This document shows, one piece after another, positions 44,695 to 53,215 of a stretch of DNA of 64,000 nucleotides (the first letter of the stretch is position 1; each line of letters opens with the position of its first letter). Under the pieces are notes generated by a model. The model was not told where the DNA came from. It did not search any database and worked only from the letters and a program-made list of their open reading frames with translations. The stretch comes from a virus: the UHGV virus genome UHGV-0326994. One strand, written 5' to 3'. The translations under genes were made by a program, and so were the position numbers.

Positions 44695-45237
44695 TTAGAA
44701 AAAACTCTTTAAATCCTCTTCTGCGATGTTTCCCGTTAGTGTGTCCATGATGTCACAAAAAACCTGAATACTGTCCGACTGTTGAACACTTTTAGCAAGT
44801 AGTTCTAATGTCTCATCAAGATAGTTCATATTTTGGTTATCCAGTGAAGGAAGACAAAAAGGTGAATACATAGCGTTAAACTCTGTTGTATAGACCTTTT
44901 TAATCCAGTTTACATCAAAGTACTCTGTAAAACTCGCTACACTCGACATATTATCACAAGAATAATCATCATTTAGCTCATCCTCTGGAATATCGAGTTC
45001 TAAGATAACAATATTTTGAGTCTTCATCTGAAAAGCTGCGGTGATAGTGGCATTGCCTAGAGCTTGCTGGATACCTTCAGAGATTATTTCTTCCTCATCA
45101 TCGCCATAGATTTTATTTTCTGGATACACGTAAAAATTGCCGTCCATATCCGAACAATTCCATGCGCCTGATGGTTTATCACCGTTATTAATAAGGTTGA
45201 GGAAATTTTCTTGAGTAGTACCGTGAAAACATTTCAT
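44695..45237 (-). CDS. small-gene island protein 5 (acidic)
   Basis: 180 aa; preceded by type-B cassette. Confidence 0.45.
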   Translation of the reverse strand: MKCFHGTTQENFLNLINNGDKPSGAWNCSDMDGNFYVYPENKIYGDDEEEIISEGIQQALGNATITAAFQMKTQNIVILELDIPEDELNDDYSCDNMSSVASFTEYFDVNWIKKVYTTEFNAMYSPFCLPSLDNQNMNYLDETLELLAKSVQQSDSIQVFCDIMDTLTGNIAEEDLKSFF

Positions 45238-45324
45238 TTTAGAATCTCCTAGTTTAAGGATTGAGTGGTAAAGCTCTTTATCTGGGGCTTACTTTATCGA
45301 ACTATAAGCCCCCTGTAAAGTACT
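45238..45324 (-). repeat. intergenic cassette, type B
   Basis: tagaatctcctagtttaaggattgagtggtaaagctctttatctggggcttactttatcgaactataagccccctgtaaagtacttta. Confidence 0.7.
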
Positions 45325-45573
45325 TTATTTAACTTTCTTTGAGAAAATTAGTTTAACTGCAACCGTAGGAATCTCGTCAGCGCTTGTAACTAGCATTACT
45401 TTTTGAGTAACCAACTTATAACCGTTCTTTGCAGCGTATGCGGTAAAACGGTTAACGTTGTAACTATAAGTTTTTGGTGTGCTATCTGGCATGTGGTAAA
45501 GAAAAGGTTTACCCAAATTTTCTTCTTGTGTCAACAGTCGGCAGGTATCAGGTATATTGAAATAGTTCATCAT
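45325..45573 (-). CDS. small-gene island protein 6
   Basis: 82 aa; preceded by type-B cassette. Confidence 0.45.
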   Translation of the reverse strand: MMNYFNIPDTCRLLTQEENLGKPFLYHMPDSTPKTYSYNVNRFTAYAAKNGYKLVTQKVMLVTSADEIPTVAVKLIFSKKVK

Positions 45574-45667
45574 TTTTGAATCTCCTAGTTTAAGGATTGA
45601 GTGGTAAAGCTCTTTATCTGGGGCTTAAGATATCAACTTTTAAGCCCCCTGTAAAGTACTTTATCAG
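45574..45667 (-). repeat. intergenic cassette, type B
   Basis: Type-B copy with loop variant cttaagatatcaacttttaagcccc. Confidence 0.7.
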
Positions 45668-45865
45668 TTATTTTTTGACAACTTTTAAAACTGCAAGATA
45701 ACCTAAGCAATAAGAATCACCGAAGAGAGTTCTCCCCATGAAAGAATCCTCTTTGATATCCTTTGCAGTGACAGTTTTTTCTACGCCGTGGGAAAGGACT
45801 ACATCACCAACTTTGATGTCTTTGATGTGTGTTGTTTCAATGGTTAAGCCGTTAATAATAGCCAT
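45668..45865 (-). CDS. small-gene island protein 7
   Basis: 65 aa; preceded by type-A cassette. Confidence 0.4.
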   Translation of the reverse strand: MAIINGLTIETTHIKDIKVGDVVLSHGVEKTVTAKDIKEDSFMGRTLFGDSYCLGYLAVLKVVKK

Positions 45866-45967
45866 TTTAGAATCTCCTAGTTTAAGGACTTTATTTAGTG
45901 GGGAAGGTCATTCCCTCCCCGTTGATGTGCAATTTAGCCTATCTAAAAATCAGTGTCAATAATTTTT
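45866..45967 (-). repeat. intergenic cassette, type A
   Basis: Type-A copy with extended tail ...gttgatgtgcaatttagcctatctaaaaatcagtgtcaat. Confidence 0.7.
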
Positions 45968-46372
45968 TTAGAGTTCTGCGTAAATTGCATCGCAGATATT
46001 ACGGAAGTCATGATTTGACAAATTACGTTGTAACCAAGTGGCGAAGAAATCAGCGATTGCAAAATTAGCATCATACTCGACAGATAACCACACTTTAACA
46101 GCAAATCGGAACATTTTCAAGTCTAACTCTTTATTCATTACCTTAGATTTGCCTAACATGTCGGACATCTCATATTGTGCACCGTCTAGCGTGATACCTG
46201 CTGCAACGTCAGACAATGAGTTTTTTACGTTTTCAACGTCTAAGATAACACTTTGAATCTTCCCGATAATGTTGTGCAATGTTTCATCCGGTGCTGATGA
46301 TGTGATAACATTAATCCGGTTAACGGTCAAACGTGCTTTTAAAATTGATAACTCACGGTTATTAATAGCCAT
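45968..46372 (-). CDS. small-gene island protein 8
   Basis: Start moved to the ATG (MAINN...); the MENLKM extension in the ORF track starts at a TTG inside the cassette. Confidence 0.45.
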   Translation of the reverse strand: MAINNRELSILKARLTVNRINVITSSAPDETLHNIIGKIQSVILDVENVKNSLSDVAAGITLDGAQYEMSDMLGKSKVMNKELDLKMFRFAVKVWLSVEYDANFAIADFFATWLQRNLSNHDFRNICDAIYAEL

Positions 46373-46458
46373 TTTTAAGTTCTCCAATTTAGGATTGAGT
46401 GGTAAAGTTCTTTATCTGGGGCTTACTTTATCGAACTATAAGCCCCTTGTAAAGTACT
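46373..46458 (-). repeat. intergenic cassette, type B (ACTTAAAAATGGC start variant)
   Basis: gccatttttaagttctccaatttaggattgagtggtaaagttctttatctggggcttactttatcgaactataagcccc. Confidence 0.7.
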
Positions 46459-46731
46459 TTATACTAAATGCAGCTTTTTACCTTTTACTATGATGTAACT
46501 AGATGCGCTATTGCTGCATACATCTTGGTAAATTCTGCGCAAACGTCCTTCATAGTGTACTTTCCAACTGGTTGGAATCTTTTTCCCGTATCCTGTAGCA
46601 GTTTTTTGGAGTCCTGCAACTTGCCAATTTAAGATGTGTTGCTCAGCCCGTAAATCTTCAAAGCACATCACACCATCTACATAGTGACGCAAGGTGACAT
46701 TTAAGGTGCGACCGTTGTTAGTAGTATACAT
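46459..46731 (-). CDS. small-gene island protein 9
   Basis: 90 aa; preceded by type-A cassette. Confidence 0.45.
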   Translation of the reverse strand: MYTTNNGRTLNVTLRHYVDGVMCFEDLRAEQHILNWQVAGLQKTATGYGKKIPTSWKVHYEGRLRRIYQDVCSNSASSYIIVKGKKLHLV

Positions 46732-46822
46732 TTTCAGAATCTCCTAGTTTAAGGACTTTATTTAGTGGGGAAGGTCATTCCCTCCCCGTTGATGTGTAAT
46801 TTAACCCATCTAAAAATCAGTG
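46732..46822 (-). repeat. intergenic cassette, type A
   Basis: Near-identical to the 45866 copy, including the ctaaaaatcagtgtcaa tail. Confidence 0.7.
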
Positions 46823-47155
46823 TCAACAGTTATGTTTTCGTTTGCTCAATTCTTGAACAATTACAGCATAGTAGTCTTTTAAGTCACTGATATTTAAAGC
46901 ATTTATCAGAGAATTATAATCATCCACCAACTGAAAATCATCTTTGAAGATGTCACTTATCTGATAGGTTTTCGCTTTATATCTGAAGCTCATCTCTAGC
47001 CGCTTTATTTGCTCATCGCTTAAACGCTCCAGAAAGCTCCCTACAAGGTTATTGCTAACCTGTTGTGTGATTGCCTTATTTGCTAGATTATAGGCTTTAT
47101 ATGCCTTATAGAGCGCGAAAATGGCAATGATTGCAGTGATACCAGTCATTAACAT
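46823..47155 (-). CDS. small membrane protein
   Basis: 110 aa; N-terminal TM ITAIIAIFALYKAY; overlaps upstream gene stop. Confidence 0.4.
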   Translation of the reverse strand: MLMTGITAIIAIFALYKAYKAYNLANKAITQQVSNNLVGSFLERLSDEQIKRLEMSFRYKAKTYQISDIFKDDFQLVDDYNSLINALNISDLKDYYAVIVQELSKRKHNC

Positions 47156-47445
47156 GGTGTTTCCTCTTTACGTGATACTTTACCATTTACAGTTATCTCA
47201 TAGGATTCTAATAAATCGCTTTTAGACTTTACAGGACTTTTAAAAGTATCATCATAGATATTAACTTGCAATACAGGTTTTTTATATTCCCTGCAACTAT
47301 TCCATAAGCAAATCACTACACGACGGCCTTTTATTTTGCCGTGTAACCATTCCATAACATCATGACTATTCCTTGATGTTTCAATGAAATCAATTTTGTT
47401 AAGTAGCTTGCTTAGATTTTCCCTAACTTTATTTGATAATTTCAT
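47149..47445 (-). CDS. small-gene island protein 10
   Basis: 98 aa; preceded by type-B cassette variant. Confidence 0.4.
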   Translation of the reverse strand: MKLSNKVRENLSKLLNKIDFIETSRNSHDVMEWLHGKIKGRRVVICLWNSCREYKKPVLQVNIYDDTFKSPVKSKSDLLESYEITVNGKVSRKEETPC

Positions 47446-47537
47446 TTTTGAGTCTCCTAGTTTAAGGGCTTTATTTGATAAATCTCTTTATCTGGGGCTA
47501 TCCTACCAGCTTGATAACCCCGTGTAAAGAAATCTAT
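47446..47537 (-). repeat. intergenic cassette, type B variant
   Basis: catttttgagtctcctagtttaagggctttatttgataaatctctttatctggggcta... Confidence 0.6.
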
Positions 47538-48050
47538 TTAGTTCTTAAAGATATTCATCACTGAATCTTTCAACGATTCCAAACGTTCTAATACTTCAGT
47601 TTCTGCGTCTGAATTGCTCACCTCTTCTTTTAGTCTATCCTCTAAATCATCACCGTCACGATAGCACCAATCGAAAGCATAACCAAGATAAAAACTTTCT
47701 AAAACCGTGTTACCGTTTGCATCCACAACTTTCGCGGCAAGGTTGTACTCTGAAGCCTCTAAATCTCTTTCGAGTTCTTTCTGTAAGCTGGTGTAAGCCT
47801 CTTTTGATGGATTTTCCCGACCTTGTTTTGCATAGTCACTTGAAAGCTGTTTCAGGCTGTAATGTAAAGGGATTGCATATTTAAATCCATTACGCTGATA
47901 AATAGGATTTTTAACAGTAACACCGCCTTGATGGTTGTCTGTAAATTCCCAATTATCAAGGTTATGGCTTGCTTCGTAGCAATTAACAGCTTCGTAAATG
48001 ATGGAAAATTTTTCTTTTACAACTTCAAAGGTAGCGTCTACAGTTTTCAT
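47538..48050 (-). CDS. small-gene island protein 11 (acidic)
   Basis: 170 aa; preceded by type-B cassette. Confidence 0.45.
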   Translation of the reverse strand: MKTVDATFEVVKEKFSIIYEAVNCYEASHNLDNWEFTDNHQGGVTVKNPIYQRNGFKYAIPLHYSLKQLSSDYAKQGRENPSKEAYTSLQKELERDLEASEYNLAAKVVDANGNTVLESFYLGYAFDWCYRDGDDLEDRLKEEVSNSDAETEVLERLESLKDSVMNIFKN

Positions 48051-48135
48051 TTTTGAATCTCCAGTTTAGGATTTAGTGGTAAAGCTCTTTATCTGGGGCT
48101 TAAGATATCAACTTTTAAGCCCCTTGTAAAGTACT
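48051..48135 (-). repeat. intergenic cassette, type B
   Basis: catttttgaatctccagtttaggatttagtggtaaagctctttatctggggcttaagatatcaacttttaagcccc. Confidence 0.7.
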
Positions 48136-48429
48136 TTATTTGTTAATTTTCAGCTTTGCATAACCTCTCATTGTACGGATGGGCGATGTTAAGGCCATGC
48201 GTCTGATATATGCCTTTTTCGTGTATACGCTTGTCTTCCCGATAGTGTTTACACATGTAAAAAGGTTTACCGGTGAATTTTTTAACTTCAACTGCTTATC
48301 AGCCTTCACGCCCCACCTTACAGCGGATTGTTTCCCGTTGTCAATCACTTTCCCGCATAACTTTTTAGCTATGTTGCGAGCGTCATCACGAGTCTTTGCA
48401 GTAATTACAACGTTTTTGATAATAGCCAT
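48136..48429 (-). CDS. small-gene island protein 12 (basic)
   Basis: Start moved to the ATG (MAII...); the ORF-track start is a TTG inside the cassette. Confidence 0.45.
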   Translation of the reverse strand: MAIIKNVVITAKTRDDARNIAKKLCGKVIDNGKQSAVRWGVKADKQLKLKNSPVNLFTCVNTIGKTSVYTKKAYIRRMALTSPIRTMRGYAKLKINK

Positions 48430-48515
48430 TTTTAAGTTCTCCAATTTAGGATTGAGTGGTAAAGCTCTTTATCTGGGGCTTACTTTATCGAACTATAAGC
48501 CCCTTGTAAAGTACT
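48430..48515 (-). repeat. intergenic cassette, type B
   Basis: Near-identical to the 46373 copy. Confidence 0.7.
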
Positions 48516-48896
48516 TTATTTAATTTTGAAAATTGTTACATAACCATCACTACCGATTATTTGAGACACTCCAGCTTTTTCTACTTGATAGCCCATATTT
48601 TCAAGATGATAAACAGCATCATCATAACCATATGCGCCGCCTTGATAACGTCTCTTATCGCATCTTACTAATACCTTTCCACGTCCAGCAAGTGCATTCA
48701 GTACAGCTTTTTCACTTGAGAGTGTGCCATCTAACATGGTTGCCGTGTAATGGTTGATTCTATTCCCGTTTACATCATACTTAAAATTGTATGCGTGAAC
48801 AACAATAACGTTGCCTTTGAAATTTTCATCAAGTGACTTCTCCAGTACTTTGCGAAAGTTGTCTTTGTTGATGAATTTCGGTGCACGATAAGCCAT
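48516..48896 (-). CDS. small-gene island protein 13
   Basis: 126 aa; preceded by type-B cassette. Confidence 0.45.
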   Translation of the reverse strand: MAYRAPKFINKDNFRKVLEKSLDENFKGNVIVVHAYNFKYDVNGNRINHYTATMLDGTLSSEKAVLNALAGRGKVLVRCDKRRYQGGAYGYDDAVYHLENMGYQVEKAGVSQIIGSDGYVTIFKIK

Positions 48897-48985
48897 TTTT
48901 GAATCTCCTAGTTTAAGGTTAGTTAGTAAAGCTCTTTATCTGGGGCTTACTTTATCGAACTATAAGCCCCTTGTAAAGTACTTTA
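48897..48985 (-). repeat. intergenic cassette, type B
   Basis: gccatttttgaatctcctagtttaaggttagttagtaaagctctttatctggggcttactttatcgaactataagcccc. Confidence 0.7.
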
Positions 48986-49192
48986 TTAGATATTGTAGTA
49001 ATAAACTGCTGTCTGTCTTATGTACTTTCTTGTATTTCTTGTAAGGTAGCAATTAGAGTTTATAGCTGTTTCTACATAGTTGCAATAGTCAGCTTCTGAT
49101 ATTCTGGACCATACGTCACAGATTTTCATGTAAAAACGTTTTACCTTTGTGTTAACGTTAGTTGTAACCATCAATTCGCGACTGTACAGCAT
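48986..49192 (-). CDS. small-gene island protein 14
   Basis: 68 aa; preceded by degenerate cassette. Confidence 0.35.
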   Translation of the reverse strand: MLYSRELMVTTNVNTKVKRFYMKICDVWSRISEADYCNYVETAINSNCYLTRNTRKYIRQTAVYYYNI

Positions 49193-49260
49193 TTTTAGAT
49201 TCTCCAGTTTAGGAAGTGGGCTTGATTGCCCGTCTGATGCAAATATTAGATAACCATACT
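49193..49260 (-). repeat. degenerate cassette copy
   Basis: catttttagattctccagtttaggaagtgggcttgattgcccgtctgatgc; 5' part conserved, hairpin replaced. Confidence 0.5.
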
Positions 49261-49419
49261 CAAAGAGTCAATAGGAATTTTAAAAATATTTTTGGCAAAA
49301 ATGTAATGAAACGGGTGCGCGCGAATACCACAAAACAGAACACAAATCAAGAATTATTTTCCAATCCGCTACAAATTTTTCTGTTGACTTTTCTTTTCGG
49401 ATGTGGTAGCCTTGTGAGA

Positions 49420-49640
49420 AATGGCGACATTCCCACCTGCACCCACCTACCTGCACAATTCTAAAATGATTTTTCTTGCCCGACCTGAGCGGGGTCTGCA
49501 CGTTTTGAAAATAAAAAAGCTCTTTGGAGATTATCTGCACAGTTTGAAAATGAATTTTCTCTTTGGAGTTCAAAATTTTCTCTACAGATTTCTCTAGAGA
49601 AATACACCTGCACAATCCTGAAATAAAAAAGCCCTCCTTA
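49420..49640. repeat. three direct repeats CTGCACA(A/G)T(T/C)(C/T)TGAAAATGA-like
   Basis: cacctacctgcacaattctaaaatga, ttatctgcacagtttgaaaatga, acacctgcacaatcctgaaataaaaaag. Confidence 0.5.
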
Positions 49641-49699
49641 CCTGAAAAATTTACCAGATAAGAAAGGCTTAGTCTATTGTGAATATCCTACAGAGTTTC

Positions 49700-50485
49700 T
49701 TAGTTCTTTGCGTCTAAGAAGGTAACTTCCGGTGAAGAGAAAATTTCCTCAACATCCTCATCAGTTCTTGCATAGATATATGTATCTGCATCACTGCCAA
49801 ATGTTACTGCAATCCTGTGATTGTTCTTTGACAGGTGGGTAACTAGAGCGTTACTTAGAGACATCTTTTCAACCGGAGGGTTACTTTGATGTATCTTGCC
49901 TTTTCTTCGTCTGAAGAGGGTAACTGCATCATTAGTGAACACTACTACACCTGCAAAGTATTCTGGTTCACAGTAGTTCTTCCAACCTGAGCGTAACTTG
50001 TGGTACATCTCTCCTTCGTAGACATACAGATACACATCTACACTCTTCATCACCTGATTGATAATAACTGTGACAGCTTGAGGGTCAAGTCCACCGATTC
50101 CTGCGCCAATCATAGGTAAACCAACTTTCTTTAACTGGTTCACTTCACAGTATCTGTTGAGCTGGTTCAAAGATGACTCTAAAGCACTGTATCGGGCATC
50201 TTTACCAGTCTTAAGCTGAGTGTAAAGGTTAGCTATACGACCTTGTTTTAAACGTGCTACAGAGAAATTACCTAGCAAATTTTCACAGGGTTTGTGGCCT
50301 ATACCACCTGCATACAGATAAACTTCTGTATCAGTCTCATATGCTTTTGGGTAAAGTTTAGAAATCTTGTCAGCGATACCTGCACCCATTAAGTTCATAC
50401 AGTTGCAACCGTGACCGATGACGTCAAACTTACCTTTATCAAATGCTGCAAAGATATCACCATTGATGATTTTTACAATACCCAT
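49700..50485 (-). CDS. macro-domain protein (ADP-ribose binding/processing) with C-terminal extension
   Basis: 261 aa; N-terminal IINGDIF...VIGHGCNCMNLMGAGIADKI...GLPMIGAGIGGLDP resembles the macro-domain core; C-terminal ~90 aa of unknown fold. Confidence 0.6.
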   Translation of the reverse strand: MGIVKIINGDIFAAFDKGKFDVIGHGCNCMNLMGAGIADKISKLYPKAYETDTEVYLYAGGIGHKPCENLLGNFSVARLKQGRIANLYTQLKTGKDARYSALESSLNQLNRYCEVNQLKKVGLPMIGAGIGGLDPQAVTVIINQVMKSVDVYLYVYEGEMYHKLRSGWKNYCEPEYFAGVVVFTNDAVTLFRRRKGKIHQSNPPVEKMSLSNALVTHLSKNNHRIAVTFGSDADTYIYARTDEDVEEIFSSPEVTFLDAKN

Positions 50486-50686
50486 TTAACATCTCTCCCA
50501 AGATTCTTTATCTTCTGAAGGTTTTACACGTTGTCCTTCGTGGTCTACCCAGATACACCCGCAGCCTTCACAGATTACTGGCATTGCATAACCAGCTTTA
50601 AAGTCATCTTCAGTGATAAGACCTTTTAAGTCTCCTGTATCACGTCCGAACATTTCGATAGAACAGTCTTTGCAGAAGTCAGCCAC
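50486..50686 (-). CDS. small Cys-rich (zinc-ribbon-like) protein
   Basis: 66 aa; CKDC...CEGCGC. Confidence 0.4.
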   Translation of the reverse strand: MADFCKDCSIEMFGRDTGDLKGLITEDDFKAGYAMPVICEGCGCIWVDHEGQRVKPSEDKESWERC

Positions 50687-50912
50687 GAATAATTACCTCT
50701 TGAGTGATAATACCTTTACCACAACGACTTTTAAAATCTTCTAATGGTTCAGAGAAGAAGTCACGGAAATGGTTACTATACTCACGTTTCAGCACCTTCT
50801 TGTAAGTTAACACATCTTTTTCTGCAAACGGGATGACTTCATTTCTCCCTATGAATACTGCTGAACTTACAATCTTACGAGTCTTTTTATTTCTGGCTAG
50901 TATTACTTTCAT
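50679..50912 (-). CDS. hypothetical protein
   Basis: 77 aa ORF with coupled start. Confidence 0.3.
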   Translation of the reverse strand: MKVILARNKKTRKIVSSAVFIGRNEVIPFAEKDVLTYKKVLKREYSNHFRDFFSEPLEDFKSRCGKGIITQEVIIRG

Positions 50913-51213
50913 AGTTTACCTTCTCAGTTAGCTCATATAAATCAACATGCTCAATACTGTCAATGTTGATATTAATCTTTTTGAAACGTTCTATCACTTC
51001 GTTGTCAGTCATCCATATTAGACACCAATGATTCTGAATGGATTCTTCAAGAAGGTCAACACAATCTTTAAAAGTTTTTGTATCACTTCTTGTTCCGACT
51101 ACTGCGATTGTTCCATATAACCACTTACCATTACCATAGGTTACTTGTGCTACACCAACTTCTTTATCGTTCTCATAGTAAACGGCTACAAAGTCTCTCC
51201 CATTAATCTTCAT
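50887..51213 (-). CDS. hypothetical protein
   Basis: 108 aa ORF. Confidence 0.35.
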   Translation of the reverse strand: MKINGRDFVAVYYENDKEVGVAQVTYGNGKWLYGTIAVVGTRSDTKTFKDCVDLLEESIQNHWCLIWMTDNEVIERFKKININIDSIEHVDLYELTEKVNYESNTSQK

Positions 51214-51215
51214 AG

Positions 51216-51485
51216 TTACTTCCTCGTTTTAAGAACTGCTAAGATTTCTTTAGAGTCTGGTAAGAACCATGTGTAGTGATTCTCTTTGATTTCTGGATGA
51301 GTGTCAACCTTTATTTTGCAGTCTTTACCAACATGCTTAAGCTGTGCTGTGACACCCTGCATAAAGATATGACACATCACATTATCCATAATGGTTGGTA
51401 TGAAGTCAATTCGCATATAAGTTTCTTTTGGTCGTGGTAACAGTAAGTACCCTTCTACGTAAAAAGTATCTTCATTCTCTGTCAT
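51216..51485 (-). CDS. hypothetical protein
   Basis: 89 aa ORF. Confidence 0.35.
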   Translation of the reverse strand: MTENEDTFYVEGYLLLPRPKETYMRIDFIPTIMDNVMCHIFMQGVTAQLKHVGKDCKIKVDTHPEIKENHYTWFLPDSKEILAVLKTRK

Positions 51486-51751
51486 TACTGTTTATTTCCT
51501 AATAAAATCATATCAATAAGGTTGTTAGCTTTGATTGTACACTGGTAGAATCCATCACGATAAAACTCTAGGGCTGCTGCCACATCACTACCAGTATTAC
51601 CTTTGATAGTGAATCTTGAGTCTTCTTGAGTGTACTTATCACTCTCACTTACTTGGGAGTTTTTGAATGTACTGCTCACTTTGTTCGTTGAACACCCTGA
51701 CATAATTATCAGTAACACAAACATTATAAAACTCTGGCTTAGTTTTTTCAT
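51485..51751 (-). CDS. lipoprotein, candidate o-spanin
   Basis: 88 aa; signal peptide with lipobox LLIIMSGC; gene starts inside the 3' end of the upstream ORF in another frame. Confidence 0.45.
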   Translation of the reverse strand: MKKLSQSFIMFVLLIIMSGCSTNKVSSTFKNSQVSESDKYTQEDSRFTIKGNTGSDVAAALEFYRDGFYQCTIKANNLIDMILLGNKQ

Positions 51752-51992
51752 ATGTTAGTACCTCTTTTGTATGCTTGTTCTTAGCAAGCACGTCTTTCAA
51801 ATCATTTTTGTAATTGGTGCTCAGTGTAGCTAATCCTTCCTGATAAGCGTCTTTAGCAACACTTATTAGCCTCTCATTGCTTAACTCAGCTTCAGCAACT
51901 TGGTAGTCTCTGTAAGAGTATCCTCCCCAGACACCTGCCCCAACTAAGAAAACAATTATGAAAGTAGCTTGACAAAACTCTTTAAATGTCAT
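51645..51992 (-). CDS. N-terminally anchored periplasmic protein, candidate i-spanin
   Basis: 115 aa; single N-terminal TM FIIVFLVGAGVWGGY followed by a charged helical region; overlaps the lipoprotein gene by 107 nt. Confidence 0.45.
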   Translation of the reverse strand: MTFKEFCQATFIIVFLVGAGVWGGYSYRDYQVAEAELSNERLISVAKDAYQEGLATLSTNYKNDLKDVLAKNKHTKEVLTYEKTKPEFYNVCVTDNYVRVFNEQSEQYIQKLPSK

Positions 51993-52017
51993 TTAACAAT
52001 CTCCTGAAATGAAAAAG

Positions 52018-52042
52018 GCTCCCGAAGGAGCCTGTATCTTAA
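52018..52042 (-). terminator. rho-independent terminator
   Basis: ggctcc-cgaa-ggagcc with a T-run on the minus strand. Confidence 0.65.
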
Positions 52043-52044
52043 CC

Positions 52045-52509
52045 TTAACCGAGGACTTTAGCAAGGACATTTGCAGCCATCGAAGAAGCTTTTGCAGCAG
52101 CAGCTACCCCAGCTTTGACGGTGCTATCCTTGATAGCAGATACCGTTGCAGCATCAGTAAAGAGATAAGTAGTTGTTTTAGAACCACTTGTAAAGGAAAG
52201 CATAAGAGCAGTTTCCAGATTGAAAGAGCGATACGGAGCACCTTCTTTAACGATACCTTCAGCACCTAACTCTGAAGCCATACCCATATCATAGATAGTC
52301 ATCAGGTTTTCTTTGTGTGCAGTCGTTGAACCAGCACCTTTGACGTGTTTCTTAACATTCAGAAGAGCACGATACTCTCGGATGTTACCATCTGCTTTTA
52401 CATTGACAGCACGGAAGATTTTACCCTCAAAGTTGCTTTTGATAATGTTACGAACTACTTCAGATTTGTTTGCCGTAACATCCAGTGCTACCGTAATGAT
52501 ATTGTTCAT
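52045..52509 (-). CDS. hypothetical protein
   Basis: 154 aa ORF followed by a terminator hairpin. Confidence 0.35.
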   Translation of the reverse strand: MNNIITVALDVTANKSEVVRNIIKSNFEGKIFRAVNVKADGNIREYRALLNVKKHVKGAGSTTAHKENLMTIYDMGMASELGAEGIVKEGAPYRSFNLETALMLSFTSGSKTTTYLFTDAATVSAIKDSTVKAGVAAAAKASSMAANVLAKVLG

Positions 52510-52519
52510 AAGTTTTCTC

Positions 52520-53215
52520 TCAATGTTTAACTAACATGGTTTTAATGTGTGGAAGGATTCTGTTTACCTTCTGAACATTCTTCTCTGTATCTTCTATAAA
52601 ACATACTATATCAAAGTAAGGCAGAATGCAAGACTGAATCATCCGTACTTTTAAACTTTCTGCACTTATAGAGTTAGTTCCAAAACCACGCATAAAAAGC
52701 ATGTAGTCATGCTCTGTGTTATGCCTTAAAAACATCTCAGTAGGTATTCTCTGAGATTCACCCCTTGCTGTCAAGAGTCCAATGGCAGCATGATTAGCAA
52801 TTGCATCAATAATATTGAAAACATACGTTGGTTTTGCTCTTACAGAGTCAAGAAGGTTAGTATACTGTGAAAATGACCCATCAGTCAATTCCGTTGAGCA
52901 ATCTTCGTGATTAAAATTTGTAAGAACACCATCAATATCTGCCAAGATAAGGTTGCCTTTCTCCACAAGGTCTTTATTGACTATGACTAAACTATCACGC
53001 CTTACACCTATAGTTTGTCCAGTCTCTTTGTCCATAACGTTCACAATTGGTTCTGATGTGTGGAACTCTTCAAGTGAACATACAACCTCTCTTGCAGTGT
53101 CTTCAAAGTCTCTACACTGCTCTGTAGTCCATATGCCAGAATCAATACCTAATTCATGAGGATGCAAGTCATAAGCATGGCACAGTACTTCATCAGACTT
53201 TCTTAATTTTTTCAT
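52520..53215 (-). CDS. HAD-superfamily phosphatase-like protein
   Basis: 231 aa; motif I LILADIDGVLTNF (DxDGx). Confidence 0.45.
   Translation of the reverse strand: MKKLRKSDEVLCHAYDLHPHELGIDSGIWTTEQCRDFEDTAREVVCSLEEFHTSEPIVNVMDKETGQTIGVRRDSLVIVNKDLVEKGNLILADIDGVLTNFNHEDCSTELTDGSFSQYTNLLDSVRAKPTYVFNIIDAIANHAAIGLLTARGESQRIPTEMFLRHNTEHDYMLFMRGFGTNSISAESLKVRMIQSCILPYFDIVCFIEDTEKNVQKVNRILPHIKTMLVKH

Noticed and set aside
45968-48444. N-terminal MENLKM extensions on ORFs 45968-46387 and 48136-48444
   Set aside because: These start at a TTG inside the conserved cassette; the ATG 15 nt downstream with proper SD spacing is the likely start
42818-49260. Regularly spaced ~90 bp repeats that could be mistaken for a CRISPR array
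   Set aside because: Repeats are ~90 bp, not 24-48 bp, are separated by 200-550 bp protein-coding ORFs with RBS and start codon inside each repeat, and come in two sequence types; this is a promoter/RBS cassette family, not CRISPR
49216-49615. ORFs 49216-49464 (+) and 49280-49615 (-) in the 49.2-49.7 kb gap
   Set aside because: Mutually overlapping, span the direct repeats, lack RBS and have Cys/His-rich low-complexity translations; region treated as non-coding
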